From Macrostomum hystrix (Eukaryota; Animalia; Platyhelminthes): a stretch of DNA of 64,000 bases. Positions within the stretch are counted from its first letter, which is position 1, and each line of letters begins with the position of its first letter. A program made the translations under genes and the position numbers. A model generated the notes under the pieces. That model did no database searches. It worked only from the letters and a program-made list of their open reading frames with translations, and had not been told where the DNA came from. The DNA is taken from the NCBI GenBank assembly GCA_950097015.1, contig CATNEN010000001.1:1550001-1614000 (forward strand), in the 5' to 3' direction. Below are positions 44,236 to 59,400 of the stretch, piece by piece.

Positions 44236-44952
44236 GGTAGTAAGTAACGAAATTCAAAACTGAAAAAAGATCCCTAAACGTAAATAAAGCGACTAAACAT
44301 CATGTATATTTTTGCATCATTTTTAACGAGACAAAAAGTAACGAAAAATAAAGTGATGATAATGACTTTTTTCCTACTGAAAAACAAGGTAGCTTTAATA
44401 TTACAAAAAAGTTACTGATAACTTATTAGTATTTTGAAAACACTTGAACTATTTACTGTTAAAAAAAGCAAAAAAGTATCTAATCACTAATTAATTAATG
44501 AGAAAAGTAACGAACCTTTAAGATAAAATATCATTAAAAAAATATGTGAAAGCAAGTCACGTAGTGGACATTTATTTAATCAGCAGTGATTGTGGGGTCG
44601 GGGTAGGTGACTACACGTGCGACCTCTGCGAGATTTTCTCAGTAATCCCCAGCGGCACTTTTCTCCCCCCCGCGACGACATAATTTTCCTGCCTCAATCT
44701 GGAATCCACAATATTGATGCGGATTTAGATGCCTCAGGCCCGAGATTGTGGGGGGAGTCGGCAGGGGAGAAAAAAGAAGAAAAAAAGGAACATCGCGAGG
44801 TTTTCTCCTCCTTTTGATTTTTACTCAAGCATCTCACAAAGTGTGAATAAAACATGAGCCGCTTTGGCCAGTGTATTCTAGCTGAGGCTCTGAGAATATG
44901 TTTTCTATTATTTATTTAGATCCACTCTTTTCGAAAATTTCTATATTTAGGA

Positions 44953-46045
44953 TGATCTACTCTCTGTGATCTTCTGTCTGTGATCTACTCTCTGTGATCT
45001 TCTGTCTATGATCTACTCTCTATGATCTACTGTCTATGATCTACTCGCTATGATCTACTCTCTATGATCTACTCGCTTTGATCTACTGTCTATGATCTAC
45101 TCTCTGTGATCTACTCGCTTTGATCTACTGTCTATGATCTACTCTCTATGATCTACTGTCTGTGATCTACTGTCTGTGATCTACTCTCTATGATGTACTC
45201 GCTATGATCTACTCTCTGTGATCTACTCGCTTTGATCTACTGTCTATGATCTACTCTCTATAATCTACTGTCTATGATCTACTCTCTATGATCTACTCTC
45301 TATGATCTACTCTCTATGATCTACTCGCTATGATCTACTCTCTGTGATCTACTCTCTATGATCTACTCTCTATGATCTACTCTCTGTGATCTTCTGTCTA
45401 TGATCTACTCGCTATGATCTACTCTCTGTGATCTACTCTCTATGATCTACTGTCTGTGATCTACTCTCTATGATCTACTCTCTATGATCTACTCTCTATG
45501 ATCTACTCTCTATCATCTACTCGCTATGATCTACTGTCTGTGATCTACTGTCTATGATCTACTCTCTGTGATCTACTCTCTATGATCTTCTGTCTATGAT
45601 CTACTGTCTATGATCTACTGTCTGTGATCTACTCTCTGTGATCTACTGTCTGTGATCTACTCTCTATGATCTACTCTCTGTGATCTACTCTCTATGATCT
45701 CTCTATGATCTCTACTCTCTATGATCTACTCTCTGTGATCTTCTGTCTATGATCTACTCGCTATGATCTACTCTCTGTGATCTACTCTCTATGATCTACT
45801 GTCTGTGATCTACTCTCTATGATCTACTCTCTATGATCTACTCTCTATGATCTACTCTCTATCATCTACTCGCTATGATCTACTGTCTGTGATCTACTCT
45901 CTATGATCTACTGTCTTTGATCTACTGCAGTCTTTGATCTACTGTCTTTGATCTACCCTCTATGATCTAATATCTGTGATCTACTCTCTGTGATCAACTC
46001 TCTATGATCTACTTTTTATAATCTATTCTCCATGATCTATTCTCC
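44953..46045. repeat. 14-bp minisatellite (GATCTACTCTCTAT)n
   Basis: About 75 copies. Confidence 0.95.
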
Positions 46046-47789
46046 ATGATCTGCTCTGTATGATCAATACCACTTCTGTTCACTGCGATCTATAAAGAAT
46101 CTATTCTCGATGATCTAGTCCGTGTGATATGTAAAGTAATTATCTTATCTCTAATAATTCTCTATAATTTTGTCTGTCCGGTATTTTCTAAGCATCTAAT
46201 TTTTTTTGCCGGTGACTCAGCATTACTTAACAGCGACTTATCATCTGACAAAGTTTTACAGCGTTAATTAACTTATCGCCACTGCTGCTAATGTCTCACC
46301 AATCTAATCTCGGATTAATACTATTTAAATCTTGAAAAAGGACGTCTAAACCTTGAAGGAGAGCTTGGTAAACAAAAATATCTCGTATCCTAATCTAACT
46401 AATCGATGCATATTTTGCAACCACCTATAATCTCGAAATTTTCATATCTTAGATGGCTGGATGCAAGAGATAACAACTTGGCTGCAGACCACTTTACTCA
46501 ACGCTTTACTAAACTATACTGTATATATTATTCCATGAATTCTAGCTCAAACCGTTCCATTCAATTCTATTCTGTTCCGTTCTGTTCCATTTTATTCCAT
46601 TCTATTCCATTATGTTAATTTGTTGTCCGAATCTTCTATTTCTGATTGAAGACTTTATAATATTAGTTTACGGGATTCAAAAAATATTGAAAAACTGCAC
46701 TGATTTTTTGTTTTTTGGTAAATGCTCGCATATTTATTTCCACAATAAAATACAAGAACAGAAAAACAAATTGTACACCGCAATTAATTATAAATATAAT
46801 TATTTATTTAATATTATATATTATTATAATTATTATAAATATAAATATATGACTATTGATTTGAGTCAGGTAAATGAATATATTTACGACGTTTGCGGTA
46901 TTTTTTACCATAATGAGAAAAACGTTTCATTTTCTAATTTTAAAACCGAAATAAACGAGCACATATTCGCAACAACATTCATTTAAAAATACTTTTTTGG
47001 AGATCTGTATTTTAATATAACAAAACTTGAATAATCAGAAATCTACACTAGATCTATCTGAACATTTTAGTCTTTAAATGTTGTCAATGATTTATAACAA
47101 TGACTAATAGCATTAATCAAACGGCAAGGATGGTTTATTTAACAATGAAAAATGTTGCTTAACGCATTATAATTTCGTAATATGAAGTTCAGATGGAATG
47201 TTTAAAACTGAATCTCATTTATTAAATATTTGCATTTACAATGATAGATAAGATAAGCAAAGTTTATTTACAAAGACAAAACAGCTGTACACAGTCTTTG
47301 AAAGCTGTACATCGCAACGACTACTAGAGTAAAAGAACGGGAAACTAAGTTTCTTAGAAAAAGATAAGTAGGCAGGTTTTCGCAGAAAAATACACTACAG
47401 GGATAGGAAATTTCCATTTTTATGCACAAATTTAGTGACTGTATATTATTTTTACCGGATCAAAAGCTCATATTTTTAACTAGCTTCTCTTATTTATAGA
47501 TTCATCGGTTTATCTGCAACTTTATTTGTGAAAACATCGATTTCAAATTTATTTTTATCATTTTCTCTTCATATCCTCCCCAGTGCCAAAAATGCATTAA
47601 GCTCCTAAAAGCAGAAAACTAGTTTTTGTTTTTCTCCATTCTCTGATCTGCAGAGATCAAACTAATTTATTTATATATGTTCTCAAAGTACTGCCTAGAC
47701 TCAAGCGTTATATAGCTGATTTATTTTCGTATGTCTGGACCCAGTTCTATTTTATTTCAAAGCCTATTTTTTGTAAAGAAAACAGTTTA

Positions 47790-47871
47790 CGTGTCTAGCT
47801 AAAGAACACAAATTGTTCCAGTGGAGTCGGGAATCGAACCCCTGACCTTTAAGTCGTGAATCCGACACCAT
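47790..47871 (-). mobile_element. SINE family A tRNA-like head
   Basis: Reverse complement ..GGTCAGGGGTTCGATTCCCGACTCCACTGGAACAATTTG; the last 28 nt are identical to positions 1-28. Confidence 0.7.
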
Positions 47872-48069
47872 TTATATGGGGAAAAGTGAAACTTTCCTCT
47901 CTCGGTAGTCGACTTTTCGACGAAAACCAGCCTCCTAAGCTTATTCTAAGAAACGTAGATCTTTCTCTACTCATATTAGTCCCTTGTCACCTGGTCCAAA
48001 TAAGTTAGGTGTCAATTCTTTAATTAGTACCCCGAAAATAACTGCAGTGTTAGTTGGTTCACGAGGATG

Positions 48070-49491
48070 TCACACTGAGGTAGCGGCTAAGCTGTTGAAA
48101 GCTGCACTATTAATTTGCAACAAGCTCTGCTTTTCTCGTGGAAGCTGACGGAGTCGAAACGAGCGATTATTTTCCTGGAAACCACTGTGCTCGTCTTCGC
48201 CAACTTCTACTTCGTCATCGTCATTCTGGTCAATCCGAGCCGACTGACGCTTCAGTCGATACTGAAGGTCGTGACGACGCTCCCGTCTAGAAAATGACTG
48301 CAGCCGACTGCCGTCTTCAAACTGATCTTCTCCTGGAGTACTGTCGAGCTTGTCAGCTTTGCTGTTAGCCTTGGCATTGTTGAGGTTGTTGTTGTAGAGC
48401 ATACTGCCAGCTGCCGAGTTTCTGGCCCGACTGAACAGGCTCCACAGGGCCAGCCGGAACTTGACGCCAAAGAAGCAGTAGAGCAGGAAGTTAACAGACG
48501 AGTTCAAGACGATCATGAACTGGGCGACTATGTAGAACGCCTTCTGGCCCCGCGTTGGCTCCTGAGCTGGCTTCGCCACGGCCAATAGGTTGTCGACTAG
48601 GGCGAAGGTCTGGCAGAAGACGAACACAACAACCACGCTAGCCAGCATCAGGCTGATGCTCCGGTCGCGATCCTGACGCTTCCTCTGTCCGTGTCGATCG
48701 CCGATGCTGCCTTGGGCGCGTCTGGTTGACATTCGAATGGTGTAGACTAACAGGGCGTTGGACACCGCCAGAACAAGCAGCGGCAGGACGTACATGAACA
48801 CCGAGTACATAATGCCGTGATAGATCCTGTTGTACAAGCCGTCCTCCTCCAGACTCCACTTGGTCGAGTTTCTGTTAGGCTCTTCCAAACTATTTTCATT
48901 ACCAACGTCCTGACGAACAAAGCTGATCTTCTCCAGAGCTCGGGGCACATTGTACAGAGCAGTAAAGGCTAGAATTGCGACAACAACACGAACTGCCCGA
49001 CCGCGCTTGCACCAGGCTGCTGAGCGAAGCGGAAACCGAATGGAGATGTACCGCTCCACAGTGAAGCAGGTGGTGACGTACATGCTGCACATGTGAATGA
49101 ACAGTGACAGCGGGTACAGCACTTTGATTGACGGACTGTCAGATTGCATCAGATTGGCGAACACGGCCGACACCAAAGGCAGGCCCATGCAGATGTCAAA
49201 CAGCAACAGGATGATAATATCTAAGCTGGCTAATGCGATCAGGTACACCGATGTTGATGAAGCCATTCTTGGTGTCAGGAGAACTCGAATGCTGATCAGA
49301 TTGCCAGCAATGCCCAGAACACTGAGCACAGTTCCTGCATAGCCCCACAGATAGTACTGCAGAGTGCTGAGCAGCGGAGCCTGGTGATTGCCTAGCAACG
49401 AGCTGGTAGCATTCGTCACATTCGATAACTGAGTCGCCACTCCCAGCTCCGCAGTCATCGACAAAAGCAGCAGACAGAATAGACGCAGCAT
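48070..49491 (-). CDS. Class A peptide GPCR, FMRFamide-receptor-like, single coding exon, ~473 aa with signal peptide
   Basis: Seven hydrophobic helices; GIAGN (TM1), YLIALASLD (TM2), FTVERYISIRFPL (TM3), YNVPR (TM4), YVLP..LAVSN (TM5), VFVFCQ (TM6), LNSSVNFLLYC..G.KFR (TM7/H8). First ATG at 49491. Confidence 0.93.
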   Translation of the reverse strand: MLRLFCLLLLSMTAELGVATQLSNVTNATSSLLGNHQAPLLSTLQYYLWGYAGTVLSVLGIAGNLISIRVLLTPRMASSTSVYLIALASLDIIILLLFDICMGLPLVSAVFANLMQSDSPSIKVLYPLSLFIHMCSMYVTTCFTVERYISIRFPLRSAAWCKRGRAVRVVVAILAFTALYNVPRALEKISFVRQDVGNENSLEEPNRNSTKWSLEEDGLYNRIYHGIMYSVFMYVLPLLVLAVSNALLVYTIRMSTRRAQGSIGDRHGQRKRQDRDRSISLMLASVVVVFVFCQTFALVDNLLAVAKPAQEPTRGQKAFYIVAQFMIVLNSSVNFLLYCFFGVKFRLALWSLFSRARNSAAGSMLYNNNLNNAKANSKADKLDSTPGEDQFEDGSRLQSFSRRERRHDLQYRLKRQSARIDQNDDDEVEVGEDEHSGFQENNRSFRLRQLPREKQSLLQINSAAFNSLAATSV

Positions 49492-49877
49492 TGAGTTATT
49501 CTTCTCTTTAGTTCGGATTAGAGATCTGCTAGAAAGGGAGAACAATTAAAAATCTCTTTCCCAGTTTTTTGTCAGAAACGACAAATCATAGACTTAGTCA
49601 TAGTGAATCTACCTCACCTTTTCATTTACTACTTTCTTTTGTCATGAAGCTCCATAGTAGCCTATAGCTAAATGACACCTGCTCAATCTGACTCTAACTA
49701 GATCGTAGTAAATAATACTGGGGTGAAATGGGCCATATTTAGGGGAAAAGCCTGAAGATTTTAACTGCTAAATCCTAGAATTATCACACGAGACCTTGTT
49801 CTGCCCTGTTAACTAGCATATTGAATTGACGGAATGAGCTAAATTGCCATATTTTTTCTGTTATCTCGTTATAAACT

Positions 49878-50255
49878 ATGTCTAATCTCATTCCATCATG
49901 TCTAATCTCATTCCATCATGTCTAATCTCATTCCATCATGTCTAATCTCACTCCGTCATGTCTAATCTCACTCCGTCATGTCTAATCTCACCTCATCCTG
50001 TTCAATCTAATCTCACCTCATCATCTCTCATCACACCTCATCCTGTCTAATCTCACACCATTCTGTTAAATATCCCATCATCATGTCTAATCTCACCTCA
50101 TTCTGTTCAGTCTCACTTCATGCTGTCTATAATCTCACTCATTCTGTCTAATGTCACCTCAATCTGTCTAATCTCACCTCATCCTGTCTAATCTCACCTC
50201 AATCTGTCTAATCTCACCTCATCCTGTCTAATCTCACTCCAATTTGTCTAATCTC
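49878..50255. repeat. 20-bp minisatellite (GTCTAATCTCACCTCATCCT)n
   Basis: Degenerate tandem copies. Confidence 0.85.
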
Positions 50256-50452
50256 ATATGAGATTCCACAAGCCAATAACAATCCAGTAATTGTAACTCA
50301 CCGTGATTTCAAATCGAATGTTGAAAATCCAATTAACTGTGCGAGTTTTCACTGTTAGGACAATATTTTTCTTAGCAGGCGATGCAAAAGTTAGAATAAA
50401 ACTCTTATCTATATACATAATGCAAACTAGAGGAAGGCTATGAAGCTTCTTA

Positions 50453-50489
50453 TCTCTCATTGGCTAAGGCCGAGTCAGCCAATGAGAGA
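50453..50489. promoter_or_regulatory. Palindrome with two inverted CCAAT boxes ~1 kb upstream of the GPCR
   Basis: TCTCTCATTGGCT-AAGGCCGAGTC-AGCCAATGAGAGA. Confidence 0.3.
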
Positions 50490-51059
50490 AGACCACCTTT
50501 CTTGCTGTCTATCTTCTACAGTTCCTTAACATTTTTTTAGATGGAAAAAGACGAAAATAGTTAATGCCTTTTTGCTAAACTGGTCGAGAAAGCTAAATTA
50601 AATTTAGTTTATCTATTCTTACTTAATACTTCATGCAACGAGTATATACTCGTACTAACCAGTCAGCAATGATCGTTAGTCATTTTAAGTTCGTCATTTA
50701 TTTCTGCTTAGTTGGCAGCAATGCGTCACAATGCACCAGAAACCTCTCATTCTGATTAGTACAAAATCCATTACTTATTTTACCAAATTAGAGAACTTCT
50801 TTGACTAGACTTTGGCCATATAGTTCGCTGCAAACTTTGCCATTGAGTGGGCCTACCATTTTAAGATTGTGACACCTTAGAGGAGATAACGTTTTCTAAG
50901 AGAACAGACAATATTTGAGATGGGACAGATACAGAGAGAGATATATAGGCCGATGTTCCGACCATGCACTCGCAGACTCAGCAGGCAATCTTGATGAGTG
51001 ACATCAGCTAGAAGAAGACCCACAGAGTGCTATAGAGAGACTGGTATAGATTGACTGGT

Positions 51060-52188
51060 GCAAACAGACTGCAGTTACAGACAGACTGCAGTTACAGACA
51101 GACTGTAGTTACAGACAGACTGCAGTTACAGACAGACTGGTACAGACAGACTGGTACAGACAGACTGCAGTTACAGACAGACTGGTACAGACAGACTGCA
51201 GTTACAGCCAGACTGCAGTTACAGACAGACTGCAGTTACAGACAGACTGCAGTTACAGACAGACTGCAGTTACAGCCAGACTGCAGTTACAGACAGACTG
51301 CAGTTACAGACAGACTGCAGTTACAGACAGACTGCAGTTACAGACAGACTGTAGTTACAGACAGACTGTAGTTACAGACAAACTGCAGTTACAGACAGAC
51401 TGCAGTTACAGACAGACTGTAGTTACAGACAGACTGTAGTTACAGACAAACTGCAGTTACAGACAGACTGCAGTTACAGACAGACTGTAGTTACAGACAG
51501 ACTGCAGTTACAGACAGACTGCAGTTACAGACAAACTGCAGTTACAGACAAACTGCAGTTACAGACAGACTGCAGTTACAGACAGGCTGCAGTTACAGAC
51601 AGACTGCAGTTACAGACAGACTGCAGTTACAGACAAACTGCAGTTACAGACAAACTGCAGTTACAGACAGACTGCAGTTACAGACAGACTGCAGTTACAG
51701 ACAAACTGCAGTTACAGACAGACTGCAGTTACAGACAGACTGCAGTTACAGACAGACTGCAGTTACAGACAGACTGCAGTTACAGACAGACTGCAGTTAC
51801 AGACAGACTGCAGTTACAGACAGACTGCAGTTACAGACAGACTGCAGTTACAGACAGACTGCAGTTACAGACAGACTGCAGTTACAGACAGACTGCAGTT
51901 ACAGACAGACTGTAGTTACAGACAGACTGCAGTTACAGACAGACTGCAGTTACAGACAGACTGCAGTTACAGACAGACTGCAGTTACAGACAGACTGCAG
52001 TTACAGACAGACTGCAGTTACAGACAGACTGTAGTTACAGACAGACTGCAGTTACAGACAGACTGCAGTTACAGACAGACTGCAGTTACAGACAGACTGC
52101 AGTTACAGACAGACTGCAGTTACAGACAGACTGTAGTTACAGACAGACTGCAGTTACAGCCAGACTGCAGTTACAGACAGACTGGTAC
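51060..52188. repeat. 17-bp minisatellite (ACAGACAGACTGCAGTT)n
   Basis: About 65 highly homogeneous copies. Confidence 0.97.
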
Positions 52189-52789
52189 ACACAGTCGCGT
52201 ACAGAATGGGATACTCAAAATAGAAGGACACGTGAGTAGATATTTAAGGGATAGAGCATCGTACTTCGTATCACAAAGGATAGCTGAATTAATAATTTAA
52301 ATTAAACTCTGACAATAATGCTTTTATAAACTTACTTCAATAGAATCTCACGCAATGGTCAGTTATAAAATAAAAATGTAGGCAAAGCAAACAAGGTCTA
52401 ACACTGCTTCCAATTCTAGACATATCAACACCTTCAGCATCCGGTGGTAGCAGGGCCCGAAACAGAGCGCAATGCAACCCAATCTACTTTTGATTATTGG
52501 TGTGGATAATCCATTTCTTCACTATCAACGACTAGCTAAGGAATTTATAATTGTGTGTGTATGTGTATATGAAGGAAGTATTCACATTTAGAATTCCCAT
52601 TTCGAGGTCGTTTTGGGTAGAAAGGGTTTTAAGTTCAGTGCTGCGGTGGGCCTTGGCTGGTAATTTAGTCTTTAGCGTCCAGAAGAATCTGATTAGGTAA
52701 ATAATTTATAATTTGCCAAAGAATTAGATTGACTAGGGTATAAGTATTCGCCCATTGGACCTTGACTGGACTTTAACACATCCTTCCAA

Positions 52790-52859
<70 letters not shown>

Positions 52860-52860
52860 T

Positions 52861-52955
<95 letters not shown>

Positions 52956-52988
52956 TGATAGATAGATAGATAGATAGATTGATTGATT

Positions 52989-53043
<55 letters not shown>

Positions 53044-53065
53044 TGATAGATTGATAGATAGATAA
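52790..53065. repeat. (GATA)n microsatellite
   Basis: Direct reading. Confidence 0.98.
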
Positions 53066-53475
53066 AATCTGCTATTTGCAGACAGGCCAGCTCAACAACC
53101 AACTTCCATTAACCAGTCGACTAGAAGATAATGAGCAGTGTTGAGAACCCTTATAAAATAGCTGTCAACACAGTCGGTGGAGAAATGGCTGAGCTGTTAT
53201 CAATGTTGGCAGTCGCAGCTTTTAGTCGTCCAGAAATTTTTTCCTACTTGAAAGTAAACATGGCTGCCTGCATTATCGATACCTGCAAGTCAGGTTAATG
53301 TGCGTGAGCTTGAATTGAGTCCACTTGATGACGTTGAGGAACTTACTAAAAAGTTAATTGTGACCACGCGGTACTTTAGAGGGCGAATAAAAGTGCAAGA
53401 ATAATATTCAGAAACTAAGCGGCCAAGATAGGCTAAAAGCATTGAAAAGCACGAATTTTGCCTTTGGGCGGAAAA

Positions 53476-56400
53476 GTCGACTGAAAATGGGAATCGACGA
53501 TAAGTGAGAATCGACTGTAAATGAAATCGACGATAAGTGAGAATCGACGATAAGTGAGAATCGACTATAAATGAGAATCGACGATAAGTGAGAATCGACT
53601 ATAAATGAAAATTGACGATAAATTGAGAATCGACGATAAGTGAGAATCGACAATAAATGAGAATCGACGATAAGTGAGAATCGACTATAAATGAGAATCG
53701 ACGATAAGTGAGAATCGACTATAAATGAGAATCGACGATAAGTGAGAATCGACTATAAATGAAAATTGACGATAAATTGAGAATCGACTATAAATGAGAA
53801 TCGACGATAAGTGAGAATCGACTATAAATGAAAATTGACGATAAATTGAGAATCGACGATAAGTGAGAATCGACAATAAATGAGAATCGACGATAAGTGA
53901 GAATCGACTATAAATGAGAATCGACGATAAGTGAGAATCGACTATAAATGAGAATCGACGATAAGTGAGAATCGACTATAAATGAAAATTGACGATAAAT
54001 TGAGAATCGACTATAAATGAGAATCGACGATGAATGAGAATCGACGATAAATGAGAATCGACTATAAATGAGAATCGACTATCAATGAAAATTGACGATA
54101 AATTGAGAATCGACGAAAAATGAGAATCGACTATAAATGAACATTGACGATAAATTGAGAATCGACGATAAATGAGAATGGACGATAAGTGAGAATCGAA
54201 GATAACTGAGAATCGACGATAAATGAGAATCGACTATAAATGAGAATCGACTATAAATGAGAAACGACTATAAATGGGAATCGACTATAAATGGGAATCG
54301 ACGATAAATGAGAATCGACGATAAATGAGAAACGACTATAAATGAGAAACGAATATAAATGAGAATCGACGATAAGTGAGAATCGACGATAAATGAGAAT
54401 CGACGATAAATGAGAATCGACTATAAATGAGAAACGACTATAAATGAGAAACGACTATAAATGAGAATCGACGATAAGTGAGATTCATCTATAAATGAGA
54501 ATCGACGATAAATGAGAATCGACGATAAATGAGAATCGAATATAAATGAGAATCGACGATAAGTGAGAATCGACGATAAATGAGAATCGACTATAAATGA
54601 GAATCGACGATAAATGAGAATCGACTATAAATGAGAATCGACTATAAATGAGAATCGACGATAAGTGAGAATCGACTATAAATGAGAATCGACGATACAT
54701 GAGAATCGACGATAAATGAGAATCGACGATAAGTGAGAATCGACTATAAATGAGAATCGACGATAAATGAGAATCGACGATAAATGAGAATCGACGATAA
54801 ATGAGAATCGACTATAAATGAGAATCGACGATAAGTGAGAATCGACGATAAATGAGAATCGACGATAAGTGAGAATCGACGATAAATGAGAATCGACTAT
54901 GAATGAGAATCGACTATAAATGAGAATCGACGATAAGTGAGAATCGACGATAAATGAGAATCGACGATAAGTGAGAATCGACGATAAATGAAAATTGACG
55001 ATAAATTGAGAATCGACTATAAATGGGAATCGACTATAAATGGGAATCGACTATAAATGGGAATCGACGATAAATGAGAATCGACGATAAATGAGAATCG
55101 ACTATAAATGAGAATCGACTATCAATGAAAATTGACGATAAATTGAGAATCGACGAAAAATGAGAATCGACTATAAATGAACATTGACGATAAATTGAGA
55201 ATCGACGAAAAATGAGAATCGACTATAAATGAACATTGACGATAAATTGAGAATCGACGATAAATGAGAATGGACGATAAGTGAGAATCGAAGATAACTG
55301 AGAATCGACGATAAATGAGAATCGACTATAAATGAGAATCGACTATAAATGAGAAACGACTATAAATGGGAATCGACTATAAATGGGAATCGACGATAAA
55401 TGAGAATCGACGATAAATGAGAATCGACTATAAATGAGAATCGACGATAAATGAGAATCGACTATAAATGAGAATCGACTATAAATGAGAAACGACTATA
55501 AATGAGAAACGACTATAAATGAGAATCGACGATAAGTGAGATTCATCTATAAATGAGAATCGACGATAAATGAGAATCGACGATAAATGAGAATCGACGA
55601 TAAATGAGAATCGAATATAAATGAGAATCATCTATAAATGAAAATTGACGATAAATTGAGAATCGACTATAAATGGGAATCGACTATAAATGGGAATCGA
55701 CTATAAATGGGAATCGACGATAAATGAGAATCGACGATAAATGAGAATCGACTATAAATGAGAATCGACTATCAATGAAAATTGACGATAAATTGAGAAT
55801 CGACGAAAAATGAGAATCGACTATAAATGAACATTGACGATAAATTGAGAATCGACGAAAAATGAGAATCGACTATAAATGAACATTGACGATAAATTGA
55901 GAATCGACGATAAATGAGAATGGACGATAAGTGAGAATCGAAGATAACTGAGAATCGACGATAAATGAGAATCGACTATAAATGAGAATCGACTATAAAT
56001 GAGAAACGACTATAAATGGGAATCGACTATAAATGGGAATCGACGATAAATGAGAATCGACGATAAATGAGAATCGACTATAAATGAGAATCGACGATAA
56101 ATGAGAATCGACTATAAATGAGAATCGACTATAAATGAGAAACGACTATAAATAAGAAACGACTATAAATGAGAATCGACGATAAGTGAGATTCATCTAT
56201 AAATGAGAATCGACGATAAATGAGAATCGACGATAAATGAGAATCGACGATAAATGAGAATCGAATATAAATGAGAATCGACGATAAGTGAGAATCGACG
56301 ATAAATGAGAATCGACTATGAATGAGAATCGACTATAAATGAGAATCGACGATAAGTGAGAATCGACTATAAATGAGAATCGACGGTACATGAGAATCGA

Positions 56401-59400
56401 CGATAAATGAGAATCGACGATAAGTGAGAATCGACTATAAATGAGAATCGACGACAAATGAGAATCGACGATAAGTGAGAATCGACTGTAAATGGGAATC
56501 GACTATAAATGAGAATCGACTGTAAATGGGAATCGACTATAAATGAGAATCGACGATAAATGAGAACCGACGATAAGTGAGAATCGACGATAAATGAGAA
56601 TCGACTGTAAATGGGAATCGACGATAAGTGAGAATCGACTATAAATGAAAATTGACGATAAATTGAGAATCGACGATAAGTGAGAATCGACAATAAATGA
56701 GAATCGACGATAAGTGAGAATCGACTATAAATGAGAATCGACGATAAGTGAGAATCGACTATAAATGAGAATCGACGATAAGTGAGAATCGACTATAAAT
56801 GAAAATTGACGATAAATTGAGAATCGACTATAAATGAGAATCGACGATAAGTGAGAATCGACTATAAATGAAAATTGACGATAAATTGAGAATCGACGAT
56901 AAGTGAGAATCGACAATAAATGAGAATCGACGATAAGTGAGAATCGACTATAAATGAGAATCGACGATAAGTGAGAATCGACTATAAATGAGAATCGACG
57001 ATAAGTGAGAATCGACTATAAATGAAAATTGACGATAAATTGAGAATCGACTATAAATGAGAATCGACGATGAATGAGAATCGACGATAAATGAGAATCG
57101 ACTATAAATGAGAATCGACTATCAATGAAAATTGACGATAAATGAGAATCGACGAAAAATGAGAATCGACTATAAATGAACATTGACGATAAATTGAGAA
57201 TCGACGATAAATGAGAATGGACGATAAGTGAGAATCGAAGATAACTGAGAATCGACGATAAATGAGAATCGACTATAAATGAGAAACGAATATAAATGAG
57301 AATCGACGATAAGTGAGAATCGACGATAAGTGAGAATCGACGATAAATGAGAATCGACTATAAATGAGAAACGACTATAAATGAGAAACGACTATAAATG
57401 AGAATCGACGATAAGTAAGATTCATCTATAAATGAGAATCGACGATAAATGAGAATCGACGATAAATGAGAATCGAATATAAATGAGAATCGACGATAAG
57501 TGAGAATCGACGATAAATGAGAATCGACTATAAATGAGAATCGACGATAAATGAGAATCGACTATAAATGAGAATCGACTATAAATGAGAATCGACGATA
57601 AGTGAGAATCGACTATAAATGAGAATCTACGATACATGAGAATCGACGATAAATGAGAATCGACGATAAGTGAGAATCGACTATAAATGAGAATCGACGA
57701 TAAATGAGAATCGACGATAAATGAGAATCGACGATAAATGAGAATCGACTATAAATGAGAATCGACGATAAGTGAGAATCGACGATAAATGAGAATCGAC
57801 GATAAGTGAGAATCGACGATAAATGAGAATCGACTATGAATGAGAATCGACTATAAATGAGAATCGACGATAAGTGAGAATCGACGATAAATGAAAATTG
57901 ACGATAAGTGAGAATCGACTATAAATGAAAATTGACGATAAATTGAGAATCGACTATAAATGGGAATCGACTATAAATGGGAATCGACGATAAATGAGAA
58001 TCGACGATAAATGAGAATCGACTATAAATGAGAATCGACTATCAATGAAAATTGACGATAAATTGAGAATCGACGAAAAATGAGAATCGACTATAAATGA
58101 ACATTGACGATAAATTGAGAATCGACGATAAATGAGAATGGACGATAAGTGAGAATCGAAGATAACTGAGAATCGACGATAAATGAGAATCGACAATAAA
58201 TGAGAATCGACTATAAATGAGAAACGACTATAAATGGGAATCGACTATAAATGGGAATCGACGATAAATGAGAATCGACGATAAATGAGAATCGACTATA
58301 AATGAGAATCGACGATAAATGAGAATCGACTATAAATGAGAATCGACTATAAATGAGAAACGACTATAAATGAGAAACGACTATAAATGAGAATCGACGA
58401 TAAGTGAGATTCATCTATAAATGAGAATCGACGATAAATGAGAATCGACGATAAATGAGAATCGACGATAAATGAGAATCGAATATAAATGAGAATCGAC
58501 GATAAGTGAGAATCGACGATAAATGAGAATCGACTATGAATGAGAATCGACTATAAATGAGAATCGACGATAAGTGAGAATCGACTATAAATGAGAATCG
58601 ACGGTACATGAGAATCGACGATAAATGAGAATCGACGATAAGTGAGAATCGACTGTAAATGGGAATCGACTATAAATGAGAATCGACTGTAAATGGGAAT
58701 CGACTATAAATGAGAATCGACGATAAATGAGAACCGACGATAAGTGAGAATCGACGATAAATGAGAATCGACTGTAAATGGGAATCGACGATAAATGAGA
58801 ATCGACGATAAATTGAGAATTGACGATAAGTGAGAATCGACGATAAATGAGATCGACTATAAATGAGAATCGACTATCAATGAAAATTGAAGATAAATTG
58901 AGAATCGACGATAAGTGAGAATCGACGATAAATGAGAATCGACTATAAATGAAAATTGACGATAAATTGAGAATCGACGATAAGTGAGAATCGACGATAA
59001 ATGAGAATCGACGATAAGTGAGAATCGACGATAAATGAGAATCGACGATAAGTGAGAATCGACTGTAAATGGGAATCGACTATAAATGAAAATTGACGAT
59101 AAATTGAGAATCGACGATAAGTGAGAATCGACGATAAATGAGAATCGACGATAAGTGAGAATCGACGATAAATGAGAATCGACGATAAGTGAGAATCGAC
59201 TGTAAATGGGAATCGACTATAAATGAGAATCGACTGTAAATGGGAATCGACTATAAATGAGAATCGACGATAAATGAGAATCGACGATAAGTGAGAATCG
59301 ACGATAAATGAGAATCGACTGTAAATGAGAATCGACTATAAATGAGAATCGACGATAAATTGAGAATTGACGATAAGTGAGAATCGACGATAAATGAGAT

